A stretch of 64,000 nucleotides of DNA from Eledone cirrhosa. Lineage: Eukaryota. Location of the stretch: the NCBI GenBank assembly GCA_964016885.1, contig OZ024740.1, forward strand, positions 323,144,001-323,208,000, written 5' to 3'. Each line of letters begins with the position of its first letter. Position 1 is the stretch's first letter. A model generated the notes under the pieces. That model was not told the origin of the DNA, ran no database searches, and was given only the letters and a program-made list of their open reading frames with translations. The translations under genes and the position numbers were made by a program. Below are positions 41,477 to 54,275 of this stretch, piece after piece.

Positions 41477-42102
41477 TTGTGTGTCCGTATGTATGTGTAT
41501 GTCCGTCGGGGCATACGTATGTACTGGCCTAAATCTTCACTATTTACTTTTACTATTTTAATAACCTCTGTCATTTTCGTTTTCAATTTTATTTACATCA
41601 TTCTTAAACTCCGGGCCTGGAAATCATTCTGTTATTTTAAATAGAATATTACTCTAACGACTCCATTTACACCCAAAACTTGGTCTTGTCTTTGCATGAA
41701 ATTGTTCTTCACGATCCACATAACGACGTATTATCCTCGCTTTTTTCCCGTTCATTGCCAGGGAACGTCTTCACGAACCAAAATATCGTCTTCCTGTTTT
41801 CGTTCGGTTGCAACGTTTCTCGAAATATTTACTTCTGCGTTCACAGATTACTCTCAATTCAATTTGAATGGGAAATTCCTGTTTCATCGATTTTCTCCGT
41901 AACCATGGAAGCTTGTACCTTAAAGTCGACCCAACGCCTCCTCAGGTCATTCTCCATAACTGTGTAAATTTTCGTTGCATTCCACCAAGCCGTTTCGACG
42001 TTTATCCGACTACACCTACATATACAACGTCCGACCAAAACTATACATGAATTGTTTCTACTAAACCTTCAATTTAAGACACAACCTACATATTTGATAG
42101 GA
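40942..42102 (-). mobile_element. Non-autonomous Helitron
   Basis: Minus-strand 3' end CCGAGCAACGCCAGGTACCTCTGCTAG|T (hairpin + CTAG); putative 5' TCCTATC at 42102 (less certain); internal (GT)n. Confidence 0.65.
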
Positions 42103-43642
42103 CTCCAGCTCACACCTTCTTCTTCTTCTTCTTCTTCTTCTTCTTCTTCTTCTTCTTCTTCTTCTTCTGCTCCCCCTGGAACATTGGGCTGCGAGCCACC
42201 CCCACACAACGCCATGTTCTGAGTCTGCTTTTCAACTCCACCGTGATGCACGGTGCGTCAGGGTGTATCTAACCATTTTTTAGGTCTTACTACGGCTGAT
42301 TTCTTCCAGAGAGAAAGAAAGAGATGGAAAAAGGCAGAGAAGATTCATCCCCGGAGGAATAATAAAAAATCTTTACACTGCACATTTCATTTTTTCAAAG
42401 CTAAAGCTACCGATCCAAAATCAGTAATTCAACTCCCTGAAAACTTTCAAATATATGCTGTTCTAGGATGAAGATTTACATGCATATCCCCGATCATATA
42501 AACACATAAATACATGCATACATACATTACAGTTGATATTATTTTTTTTATTAAAGCGTTTTCATATTATCTATATATATAAAGGGAAGATGGACATTGT
42601 TTAGTGTACCGAACTTGCATGCTACACCGTTCATCCAATTTTCATGAAACCTCACACATATATAAAACTCAACGCGTAGAGTGGAATAGGCTACTTGAAA
42701 TTTTCGAAAAATCGATAATCGGGCCCTATGACAGAATGTTTTTCGATTCCAATGAAATTTTATGTGAATTCGAACACAAGAACTCTTAGTTTACATCTGG
42801 CGCAATACAAATAAATTTCATATGCCCATATAAGGACGTGCGTTATTGATTGGACGGCCAGCTGCATGTCTTCCCAGCTGTCTCAGTAAACGACCGACCA
42901 TTAAAGAGTTTATCTTTTCATATTCCACCTTATTCAAGTGGAAATACAGTATTATCCCTATCTGAAAAGGGAACCAAATTTAATGGTGTCTTTTGTGAAC
43001 CTAAAAGCTGTGAGTAAATTTTCAAACAGTCTTAAATAATCATGCTTTTTGAAAAAAAATTTACTAAATAATACGTTGACCAAGTTGTGTTGTACACATA
43101 CAATACAAGTAAAAAAATTTACGTCGTACCAATGTTTTCCTTTTTTAAACAAAAGATTCTAAAAAATTACTTAATTTATAATACAGTCTTTTGCACAGGA
43201 AGTGAGTAACTTTTCGGGTGTTTAAACGTAAGTTCACCAGGGTTTGTGTCTTCATTATTAGCCCACCTCTAATGGCATTTTTTGTTCTGCTTACGACTAA
43301 ATGTTATGAGCGTATTTGCAATTAATTGCGCACAGGTGCACACCTGCATGCAGATAGACACTGACAGCCAATAAAAAATCGATAACTTGCTTATTAAGAT
43401 ATCGGTCAAAAAGAGAGATTGAATGTACTTTAGAACCTTTTTTGAATATATTGTTCTTTTTGGCATGATATGTCAGAAATATAGCTACTATACACTTTGG
43501 TTATTTTTTGTAACTAAAAAACGGTTCCTTTTGGGTGGATACTTAACGAGAAAAATCCTAGGGTTTTGGACAAGTTTGTTTCAGGCGCTGTATAGACGCC
43601 TATTTTGTCACACCTTGGTCATGAATTCGTATTCTTTTCCAA

Positions 43643-43901
43643 TAGATATTTCCCGCTCTATAAGGCTCACCAGGATATAAGGCGTATCATTTAAAATCAG
43701 GTCCGCGCAACGGCGTGTAAGGCCAACCAGGAAAATGCTATCTTCTTTACTTTTAGTCTAGATCTATTACTTCTGTTAGAGCCGTGATTGATTACCATTG
43801 TATTATTTATACATAAGGCTCACCGGAGTATAAAGCGCAGAGCTGTTTTTTGATTAAATTTAATTATTTTAAGTGCAATTTATAGACGGGAAAATTCGGT
43901 A
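43643..43901. mobile_element. Decayed pogo/mariner-type MITE nested in the Helitron
   Basis: Imperfect TIRs ATTTCCCGCTCTATAAGGCTCAC / GTGCAATTTATAGACGGGAAAATTCGG-TA and an internal ATAAGGCTCACC direct repeat. Confidence 0.55.
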
Positions 43902-44023
43902 AGTTATTGTAATCATATTTCCAAACCTTCCCATTCACCAGTAACCATGCTAACGAATCTGGTGTCATCTCTCTCTGTATTTAATCACCTCTCTCTAACC
44001 TAACAGCTTCGTTACACGTCGTT

Positions 44024-44630
44024 ATGCCCACACGGAAACGTTCAAGACTTACTTCCAAAAAAGGTACAGCTATTGCTTTGAGACAACGAATTAGGCGTTC
44101 TCAGGTATGAGTTCATTCACAATTGATTAATCCTTTATGCAATATTCTCCCTTAATGTTAGCAAGTACTGCGTTTATCCTAACTGTCACCACTTTTAAGC
44201 AACTACAACATTCTAATCGTAGTTATATTAAATTTATTGTCTTACCTTGATTCTCTTTTGTTCATGTTAGACTTTTCTCATTTACTATTGACACTGCCAT
44301 TGGCTTAGCTAACCAGTAGAATTAATTAATTTTCTCTAGGAAACACCTGCTGAGCGCGAATCTCGACTCGCTGATAGACGTCTTTCCCGGCTGGTTGAGT
44401 CACCAACATCACGTACGACAAGGCTTGCTGATGTTCGCCTTCGTCGCCAACAAGCGCTGACGGAGGAATCACCAACATCCCGTCAGACGAGGCTTGAGGC
44501 TGTGGCAAAGGGCAATAACCCTAGATATAATTTTGATCAACTTTTTTCACCTATAGCAAATTTACCGGGACAGGTTTTTAGCTACTCAAATCTACTTCAG
44601 AGATCACGCACTGATGTAAAAAATCAATAA
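44024..44630 (+). CDS. Two-exon STPR-like Helitron N-terminal mini-ORF (exons 44024-44104 and 44340-44630; 123 aa)
   Basis: MPTRKRSRLTSKKGTAIALRQRIRRSQ | phase-0 GTATGA..GCTAAC..TTTCTCTAG intron | ETPAERESRLAD..ESPTSRTTRLAD..ESPTSRQTRLEA; in frame after splicing. Confidence 0.55.
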
Positions 44631-45086
44631 AACTGAAGCGGGGCTCGACTTTGCGCAAAAAAACAAGGCAAAGTTACACATGGGAAAACTTTTTACAGGA
44701 ACGTCCTATATTCTTGAAAACTGTCACAAAAGACTCACCATTATGCCGCGGTTAAGATAAAGGCCCTTTTAATTCTTCTTCTGCACATGTGAGCGCAAAA
44801 ATTGTAAAAAAAAAAAAGACCTGAAAGTAATCGACATTTTCACCCTGCTTTAAATTAACTGAACATTCAATATCAAGCGATTTTGACTTCCGTCAGTCGT
44901 GCAGAGAACAATTTCAACGATACACTGTGTAACGACAATTAATAAATTACACACCTGTGTCTACTAACCTATTTTTTTCCATTGAAGTTCGAAGTTTTGA
45001 ACCTGTGATGCGCGGGAAGTAACTTTCACACATTGTAACAGACCAAAGGTCGACTTACACCCGGGCAACGCCGGGTACTTCTGCTA

Positions 45087-45141
<55 letters not shown>

Positions 45142-45428
45142 CGAAACATAAGTCAATTACATGAACTCATAATCCTTTATTTACTGCTTTATTTGTATGA
45201 AATTGTAAATAACTCATCCAAGTATTAGAACAGGGGGAAATAACTCACCGAACGCGATAGTAAATAGACCGTTTTGGGGCCCCAGGGACCACATTTTTCA
45301 AGTTAGAGATTGCTTCCTTGGCACTTTTTACATAGGTGTGTACATTTTTATGTCCGTCCGACCACGTCTACTATCATTTAACCGTGCACAACTGAATTTC
45401 AACCACCACCCATTTCACAAATATATAT

Positions 45429-45461
<33 letters not shown>

Positions 45462-45469
45462 GTGCGCGC

Positions 45470-45593
<124 letters not shown>

Positions 45594-45888
45594 CGTGCGT
45601 AACTGTAAGTCTGTGTCTAATGGAAAAAGAGAATTGTTACAATTTGGTGAAGAAACCAATTATTACTCAGTCCTTCTGTAAAGCAACGAGTTATGTACTA
45701 GTAGTTCTACATTATATGTCCAGGGAGAATATATCTTTTCTTTTGTAAAATTTAAACGATCCTTTATTATAACTGATTATAGATATATAGAAAAATTGAT
45801 TCTAATCCTCGTAATTCGATCACTTTGCTACTCACGCTTCTATTTTACACGTTTTATTTTCATTTTTATATGAATTATTTCTTAGTCA

Positions 45889-46090
45889 AGGGCGCTGAAT
45901 TGTCGGGTTTATCAGAGCATCAGATAAATGCATAGCAGTATTTGTTCCAACTCTTCAAATGAGGGTCAACTTTGCCATTCATCTTCCCCGGGTCGATAAA
46001 ATAAAGTACCAGTTATTTACTGTGGTCGATATAACAGAATTCCTCCTCGCAAAAAATTGTTGGCGTTGCACCAACATTTGAAATTATTAA
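45889..46090 (+). mobile_element. Older SINE family A-related copy
   Basis: GGTCAACTTTGCCATTCATCTTCCCCGGGTCGATAAAATAAAGTACCAG core. Confidence 0.7.
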
Positions 46091-46214
46091 ATATTCTTTT
46101 GTCCATACAATAGGGTATACGTTTAAGTTTGAAGTTGTTATTCTTTATGAAAGTGGCTTGGAAGTGTTATTCCAATAATGTTGTGTATATCTCAATATAC
46201 AAGAAATATGTACG

Positions 46215-46560
46215 CAACATGGCCGATCGGTTAAGAGGTTCACTTCGCAATCGATAGGTCTCGGGTTTTATCTCACTGAGTGACATCTTTGTTGAATATC
46301 ATTTCCTAATGCTTCAGGTCGACCAGTTCCTTGTGAGTGAAATTAGGTTGACAGACACTGTTTGGAAGCCTTCTGGATGTACTGTATCTGTAATTCAAAA
46401 GACCGGACATGTCACTCACTGTGTCACTCTCAATCTTCATGAGAACTACGTTAAGGATCATGCGTCTGTGGAATACTCAGCCACTTGTACGTTAATTCCA
46501 TGAGCTCTTCCGTTGATCGAGCAATAGAAACGATCGTGGTCGAAACTGACGGAGATCCAT
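46215..46560 (+). mobile_element. tRNA-derived SINE family B (composite, decayed)
   Basis: A-box TGGCCGATCGG, degenerate B-box, CCTTGTGAGTGAAATT, and a tail shared with 1-80 and 6620-6795. Confidence 0.6.
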
Positions 46561-47134
46561 CTGCATCGATATCCTTCAATTGTTTTTGAGAGATGAGCTG
46601 GCTAGGGTGAGTCCAAGCCTTCTGTTTTATCACATAGTTTCCGGTGGGACTTTCAACCTAAATCATGACAATTAAATCTCTGACATATCCGGCTCTATGC
46701 CAAATTAAGATACTTATAATTCGGTTATCGAGAGACATGCTAAAGTATTTCTTAATAGAGAAGACAGAGGGAGATAAATGTTTGATACTTAGAATTCCGT
46801 TACTGAGGGACATGTTAAATGATTTCTTAATAGAGAAGATAAAGTGGAGATAAATATTTGTCAAGTCGCTTCAAGCGACTGTCTATAATCGAAAGTGTAG
46901 TGTTTAATGTCTACTACCAAATGTCATACATAGTTTATCAACATATATAGATACAAAAGGAGTTGCCTCAAGATTTCATTGTTGTTCCTTAGAGAATTAG
47001 TTGCGGAAATGCGGTTTTCCTATAGAATTCATTGACATATAAAACCTTATTTTTAATTACAGATAAAATTCGATAATAATCTATTTTATAGTGTATAGTG
47101 AATGTGGGATGATGTGTTTGTACAATAGATAAGC

Positions 47135-47220
<86 letters not shown>

Positions 47221-47944
47221 TAGGTAGAGTATTGGGTGTGTGTGTGTTTCTGAGATAGGTGTGCGTATGTGCTTATGTGCTTATGTGCATATGAGCGAAA
47301 GGTGCAGAGCGAGGAGCGGTGTGTGTGTGTAAGTATATATGTGTGTGTTTATGTGTGTGTGTATGCGTGTTTGTGAGTGTATGTGTGCATGAGTATGTAT
47401 GTGTATGTGTGTGCTTGTGTGTGTTTATGTGTATGTGTATGCGTGTATGCGTGTGTTTGTTTGTATTTGTGTGTGTGTGAGTGTGGTTTGTATAAAATCA
47501 TATGCTTCGTTATTTTAACATATATTGTCATGTGTGTTTAGGAGAATCGTTAGAGCACCGGATAGCGCTATTTGTGCTGTAGTTGTTCCTGATCTTTACA
47601 TTTCCAGTTCAAATTCCTTTGAAATCAACTTTACTTTTCATCCTTTCAGTGGATAAAGCAATTCAATACGACAGTTTAGTTGATATAATCGATTACCCGC
47701 TCCCCATAGATTGATGCTCTTGTGCTTATGTAAAAAAAATCAATACTGCCTTAATTTTCCTGCCATCGTTATACTTTATCCATACTTAGTATGGAAACAG
47801 CTTGAGGACGTGATTTTTAACACAAGCACTTGTAACCCCAGTACCACTAAAAACAACCCAATAGACACCACTAACAATAACATCAATACCACCATGAACA
47901 ACAACAGTAACAACAACAACAACAACAACAGCAGCAACAACGAT

Positions 47945-49086
47945 AATTTCTAATTTAAGCACAAGGTCAAGAGTTGTACGGAGAGAAAAGTTGATGGCAT
48001 CAACCCCAGTATCTGACTGGTACTTCATTTGATCAATCTGGAAAGGATGAAAGATGAAATTTAAGTTCGGCGGGATTTAGACTCAGAACGTAAAGCGCTG
48101 TTGCAAATAATTATTTCTATTTTGGTCTCAAGACCAGCAATTACCCCCAGTGCATTACTGGTGCTTTATTTTATCGAACCCGTAAAGATGAAAAGCAAAG
48201 TCAACCTCAGCAGGATTTGAGATAAACATTTCTCCGACGCTCTGACGACAATACGGGTCCACTGTCCTATACAACGATAATAAGGATAATGTTTTCTGAT
48301 ATAGGCACAAGGCCAGTAATTTGAAGGGGGAGGATAAAATGACCCCAGTGTATTACTGGTACTTTATTTTATCGACCCCGTAAAGATGATCGGCAAAGCT
48401 AATCTCAATGAATTGGTTGTTAATTTAGGCACAAGGACAGCAATTTGAAGAGAGGAGAAAGTCAATTGAATCAACCCCAGTGCGTTACTGGTACTTTATA
48501 TATTAAAAGCAAAGCTAAACCGGGTGGGATTTGAACTCAGAATGTAAAGAGCCAGTACAAATATTGCTAAGCATTTTTCTGACTCTCTGACGACTCTTCT
48601 AGTCCACCGCCCTATACAACCATAATAATAATAATTGTTTCTACTATTGGCACAAGGCCAGCAATTATCTCAGTACATTACTGGTACTTTATTTTATCGA
48701 CCCCGTAAGGATGAAAGGTAAAGTTAACCTCGGCGGGATTTGAACTCAGACCATAAAGGGGCGTAACTCTATGCTGGAAGGCATGGTGTTCGACCCTCTA
48801 GCGATACTGCCAATTCACTGCCCTTAATAATAATAACAACATAATAATAACCATAATAATAATAACAACATAATAATAATAATAATAACCATAATAATAA
48901 TTGTTTCTACTTTAGGCACAAGGCCAGCAATTACCCAGTGCATTACTGGTACTTTATTTTATCGACCCCGTAAGGATGAAAGGCAAAGTCAACCTCGGCG
49001 GGATTTGAACTCAGATCGTAAAGGGACGTAACTATGCTGGAAAGCATGGCGTCCGACCCTCCACCGATACTGCCAATCCACCGCCA
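47945..49086 (-). mobile_element. Head-to-tail array of ~6 SINE family A copies separated by (AAT/AAC)n
   Basis: Repeated GCACAAGG.CAG.AATT..CTGGTACTTTATT..GGATTTGAACTCAGA modules near 47950, 48115, 48295, 48420, 48636 and 48901. Confidence 0.85.
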
Positions 49087-49816
49087 TAATAATAATAATA
49101 ACAACAGATATGAGAGGGAAAATTCCCTCCATGTTAAGCAAAGGTTATTAACACCACCATTCCACCAATTCTCTCATATACGTGAAAAAAAACCAACAAC
49201 AGATAACAAAACAATTTTGCTATTTGTATGAATCGTTTCGTGCCATGAGTTATCTTTTCTTCTTCAAAGGTCCTTAACTTCTGAAAGAATCATAGGGACA
49301 TCGTTATGACAAACGCCATGCTTTTGGTATTTAACCTGGTGGAGTCCATTTGTCGTTAGGACGGAATACATACAATTTCTTCCGGAGAAAGGGGGGAAGA
49401 AATATAGAGGAAGAATTGACAACAATATTAAACTAGCACTTTATTTATCGACCCTGATTTAATGAAAGACAAAGATAACGACGGTGAAATTTGAATTCAA
49501 AGCACAGAGAATCGAACAGAATGCCGCAAAGTATTTTATCTAAAATTCTAACGGCTCTGTTAAATTGCCACTTTTTGTTATTCATACTAATTATTTCTTT
49601 TACTACAAGAAATTATCAATTAATTACAGCGATTAATCAATTAGTTATTTAATTAATTAATCAAATTAAATTTAACAGCTACCCACACATATATATCCTA
49701 TTCATTGAAGATAAACCACTTAAGAAATTACACTATACAATGCGAGACTACTGAACAAAAATATTTCAAACAAGAGCTTATTGAAGTTTCTTTTCCGCTT
49801 TATAACCCTTTCCTCT

Positions 49817-49857
49817 TATTCTTGTTGTTATTGTTATCATTGTTGTAGTTGTTGTTG

Positions 49858-49915
<58 letters not shown>

Positions 49916-49931
49916 CATTATTATTATTATT

Positions 49932-50006
<75 letters not shown>

Positions 50007-50111
50007 ATTATTTTGCCCTTCTCATTACTCGATGTAAACCCCATTTTCTGTTGTTTTTCTTCTTTGCATTGTTCTCAACGTCAAGCGCTCATGGGGCCAA
50101 TTAAAGAATTT

Positions 50112-50191
<80 letters not shown>

Positions 50192-50195
50192 TTAA
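49817..50195. repeat. Compound (TTG)n/(TTA)n and (CTA)n microsatellites
   Basis: Directly visible. Confidence 0.95.
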
Positions 50196-52386
50196 ACAAT
50201 CGTTTTTCTTCTTTACAAAAACGATTATTATATTTTAAATATTATTAATATTATTAAGGAAGGAAATTATATTTTTTCATTTATTTAATTAAATATATTT
50301 CATTTAAAATTTTCTAATTTACTTTACTTCATTCGTCTTAATACAGCTTTTTTTTTCTATGTATGTACGTTCTTTTACAAATTTTTGTTCTAGTATTTCT
50401 TTTTTTTATTTACTCTGTGTCAATTCTTTCTTACGCATTCACTTCTATCCCCTTATTTGACTCCCTATTTTCAAAATTTCTTTATTCGTATTCTTAGATT
50501 TCCCTCCATTATTCTTCTATTTCATCTTTTTTTATTTTTCACAGAAAAAAATACAATTAGCTGACATTTTTATAAAAGGCAAAATCTGAGAACAATAGTG
50601 GCCATTATTGTTGCGAATGCTGGCAGGCTTGTTTAGTATTCTGACTGCGATTCAATGTTCACCCTTAACACAGCCATATTGCATAGAAATCACAAAAACC
50701 CTATTACATTGCAGTTCTGATATATCCTTCCGTTAAATTATCCGCCATTACAATCTACAATTCACCTGTCAAATAATACCCTCCACTTCCCTCTCTAACA
50801 CTACTTACCCGGCTCTACAACCACATAATCATTCATCCCACATGGCCATCCGACCATTCTTTAATCAGCCCATCCATTTATGGAGGCAATGAAATCTGTC
50901 CGTTTGTCTAACTGTTTGTTTGAACTATCTGCCTATCTGTCTCTCATGTGAATCTGTGTGTTTGTATGTTCGTCTGTCAATCCCTAACTAATCTAACTTC
51001 GTTTTGTATCTCATTTTTCTCTCATTCTCTCTAAACATTCATATATTCTGAATTCATTCGGTTGTCCATCTCACCATTGATGTACATGTCTCTCCCCAAA
51101 TGTTTGTTCAACACTGGCTTTGAGGAACAAACAACATGTTTCTGAGTCATTACCCTACATCAGGACTGTATACCTCTGCCAGTCTGTTGAACGGTTGAAA
51201 ATATATAGCAATTTCTTAAGTACACATCGGCTGAGTAGCCGCATTTGATTACCGAGCGAATATTAAAAATATTGCCGAATATTAAAAATAAAATTAGAAT
51301 TTTATTTCTGGCCCTAGCACGGCTGATACACAAATGTAAGTATACACACGCACACACACACATATATACATATAGATATGTAAGTATTGGCTATATCGAA
51401 CATTACTAATAATGTTCGATTCATTTGTTTTTACTGTTTATTCAGACAGGGTAGGTCTGCTGAAAAACTCAGTGACTCAAAATTACAACATTGATGATAT
51501 GTCCAATGTTTTTCAAGGTGTTTCAAAACGAATCATCTGATTTTCAGAGGCTATATTTGTTTCTATAATATAGCCTTTTGAAATCGGATGATTCTATTTG
51601 ATACACACTATATAACATACTATACATATTTCATTACATAATCTATTTTACCATATCGTGTTATATTACACCCCAGTACAACAAATTACTATATTTTATC
51701 TAAATACATGTTTTACTCTCAGACAAAGCCAATGTTACACTTTATAATTCAATCCATTAATGATTTCCTCCCTTCTAAATAAAGTTTGCCAACATAATCT
51801 TCAAATCTTAAATCTTAAAATTCACACATCCAATTACGCAGGCCTACTTAGCCACGTATAATTAAAATTTAACGTTGATGTCAAATACAATTATAATCTT
51901 TAATATGATCCAAATCCACTAAATTAGAACCGGAAAATATTACACAATCTACTGCAGTAGAAACAAACACGTAAATACATTAATAACTATTTTGTTACAG
52001 TTTAGTCAAGGAGGGAAGGGTATCTAACTCAACCCTTCATAATTTTCAGGACGTTGTTAGGACGTTGTGAGGGAGGGTGTGGTTTTCAAATCAGGAACCT
52101 TCTCCGAATGCTTGTAAGAAAGTATATTCTGTTAAGTTTGACAATATACGACCAGCTCTTTCATGTTGGGATCTGAAGGAACTGGTTATATTTAGGTTCA
52201 CGAAACCAATAAGTAAAACGTATAATGTATGTATATATATTTGGACGTTAAAATAACACATATCTTCATTGTAATCTATCTTTCTCATACATATATGTAT
52301 GTAAAAGGTAAAAAGAAATAACAACACAATCGGTACAATATATGGGAGAATATATTAGTTTAACTCTTGAAATAGCAGGAAGGGGG

Positions 52387-52422
52387 TCTTAACGTTTCGG
52401 ACGCTAGTCCTTCATTAGAAGA
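52387..52422 (-). ncRNA. Minimal type I hammerhead ribozyme (family D) with a core mutation
   Basis: Minus strand reads TCTT CTAATGA A GGAC-TAGC-GTCC GAAA CG TT AAGA: loopless palindromic stem III (ACGT), GUU triplet; G5>A should inactivate it. Confidence 0.65.
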
Positions 52423-52497
52423 ATGAATGATATATATATATATATATACATATACACACACACACATATATACATATATATATATATATACACACAC

Positions 52498-52533
<36 letters not shown>

Positions 52534-52606
52534 GCCAAATCAACCTCCCAAATGCAAGGTGATTGAAAGGTATGTCGTATCTATTTATTTATAAGACTTT
52601 ATATTG

Positions 52607-52672
52607 TATTTTGTCTGAAGAAGGCATAACATATTGTTAATATGATATCCCTGATATATATATAACGAAATA
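52607..52672 (+). ncRNA. Family C hammerhead ribozyme, GAAA>GATA mutant
   Basis: TATTTTGT CTGAAGA AGGCATAACATATT-GTT-AATATGATATCCCT GATA TATATATA ACGAAATA; the element spans ~52530-52802 between (TA)n tracts. Confidence 0.7.
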
Positions 52673-52800
52673 AATATGGTTTTATAAATATAGTTTCCAT
52701 TTATTTAATATCATAAATATACTCCAAATACTTGTTGAGTGCTTTTATATCAGTTATAAATATTTACTCGTTGTTAACCCAACAATTTAAATATAACTTT

Positions 52801-52866
<66 letters not shown>

Positions 52867-53063
52867 TTATATGACGTGACCCGAATGATTGCAAAGCAGC
52901 GAACGCCATTAAAATATTCCCAAGGGCGATGTAGAGGTTTTAATCCAGGCGACGGTTTGAGTCTAGTATCTTACCTATAATAAAGAAAGGAGTGCGGGAC
53001 TGCATCCAGAATATATTTTTTTACCCCGTTAGTAAAATAAGTTGGAATACTTTGAATAAATAA

Positions 53064-53247
53064 CTGTTTCTACTTTAGGCACAAGGCCAGCAATTACCCA
53101 GTGCATACTGGTACTTTATTTAATCGACCCCGTAAGGATGAAAGGCAAAGTAAACCTCGGCGAGATTTGAAATCAGATCGTAAAGGGACGTAACTATGCT
53201 GGAAAGCATGGCGTCCGACCCTCTACCGATACTGCCAATTCACCGCC
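53064..53247 (-). mobile_element. SINE family A with a 16-bp target-site duplication
   Basis: TACTTTGAATAAATAA at 53048-53063 and 53268-53283. Confidence 0.9.
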
Positions 53248-53796
53248 ATTATGTAATATTCATTCATTACTTTGAATAAATAATGAATGAATATTACATA
53301 ATTTACGTGATAAATTTCGTGGCTGTTGATTAAATATATTTTATAGCTTATTTAAAGATTCACTTCTTTAAAATTTTTAAATGTCAACACTTCCGGTTAG
53401 TGGCCGTTATGTTATAACACTTATATTTCGGTCGTTAATTTTCTCCTAATGCAGTTTATATATAACATCGTCTTTTTTTAATGTATCATGGATTACTTTA
53501 CTGATTACAGAAGACAATTTCTGTTTATATTGTCAATTACGATTTTATTTGATGTATCATATATACATGTATATATATTTGTGTATAATATCAATATACA
53601 CACTACACATGCTACACGTTATAATGTCTTACTTTTCTTTTCATTTGAGAATCTTATATATTGACGAATCCTAAGCAAAAATTACAGGAATACGTGAACT
53701 AAAATTGCCTCTACATAAAATGGGAGACCTTTGCAAGCATTTCTCCCCATACGATTCCTCAGTGAGTATTGTGTGATGAAATATGATAGCTAGGTA

Positions 53797-53961
53797 TTAC
53801 AACAACAACAACAGCTACTGCTGCTGCTACTACTGCTGTTGCTATTACTACTACTACTACTACTACTACTGCTACTACTACTACTGCTGCTGCTGCTTCT
53901 ACTACTACTGCTACTACTACTACTACTAGTACTACTACTACTACTACTACTGCTGCTGCTG

Positions 53962-54019
<58 letters not shown>

Positions 54020-54046
54020 CATCACCTCTACTACTACTACTACTAC
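53797..54046. repeat. Compound (CTA)n/(CTG)n microsatellite
   Basis: Directly visible. Confidence 0.95.
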
Positions 54047-54244
54047 ATACAAGTCCAGGTAAGATGTGATTTATGGATCCACTCCCTCCCCATCATTTCA
54101 CCCAAACTGGCTCAGACCAGATGAGAAATGAATGTAATCTACTTTTGAAACTGCTCATTAAGTATTTTAGTAATTAATGCCAGGGTCTCCTAAGGATACC
54201 TATCTATCTCCCGCTCCCTTTCTCTCTCTCTCTCTCTCTCTCCT

Positions 54245-54275
<31 letters not shown>

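Larger units (their letters stand above)
42570..45087 (+). mobile_element. Non-autonomous Helitron, ~2.5 kb
   Basis: A|TCTATATATATAAA 5' end; 3' hairpin CCCGGGCAACGCCGGG followed by CTAG|T. Confidence 0.8.

Noticed and set aside
42115-42245. RTE-like LINE 3' end with a (GAA)n tail on the minus strand
   Set aside because: Too short and degenerate to support beyond a resemblance.
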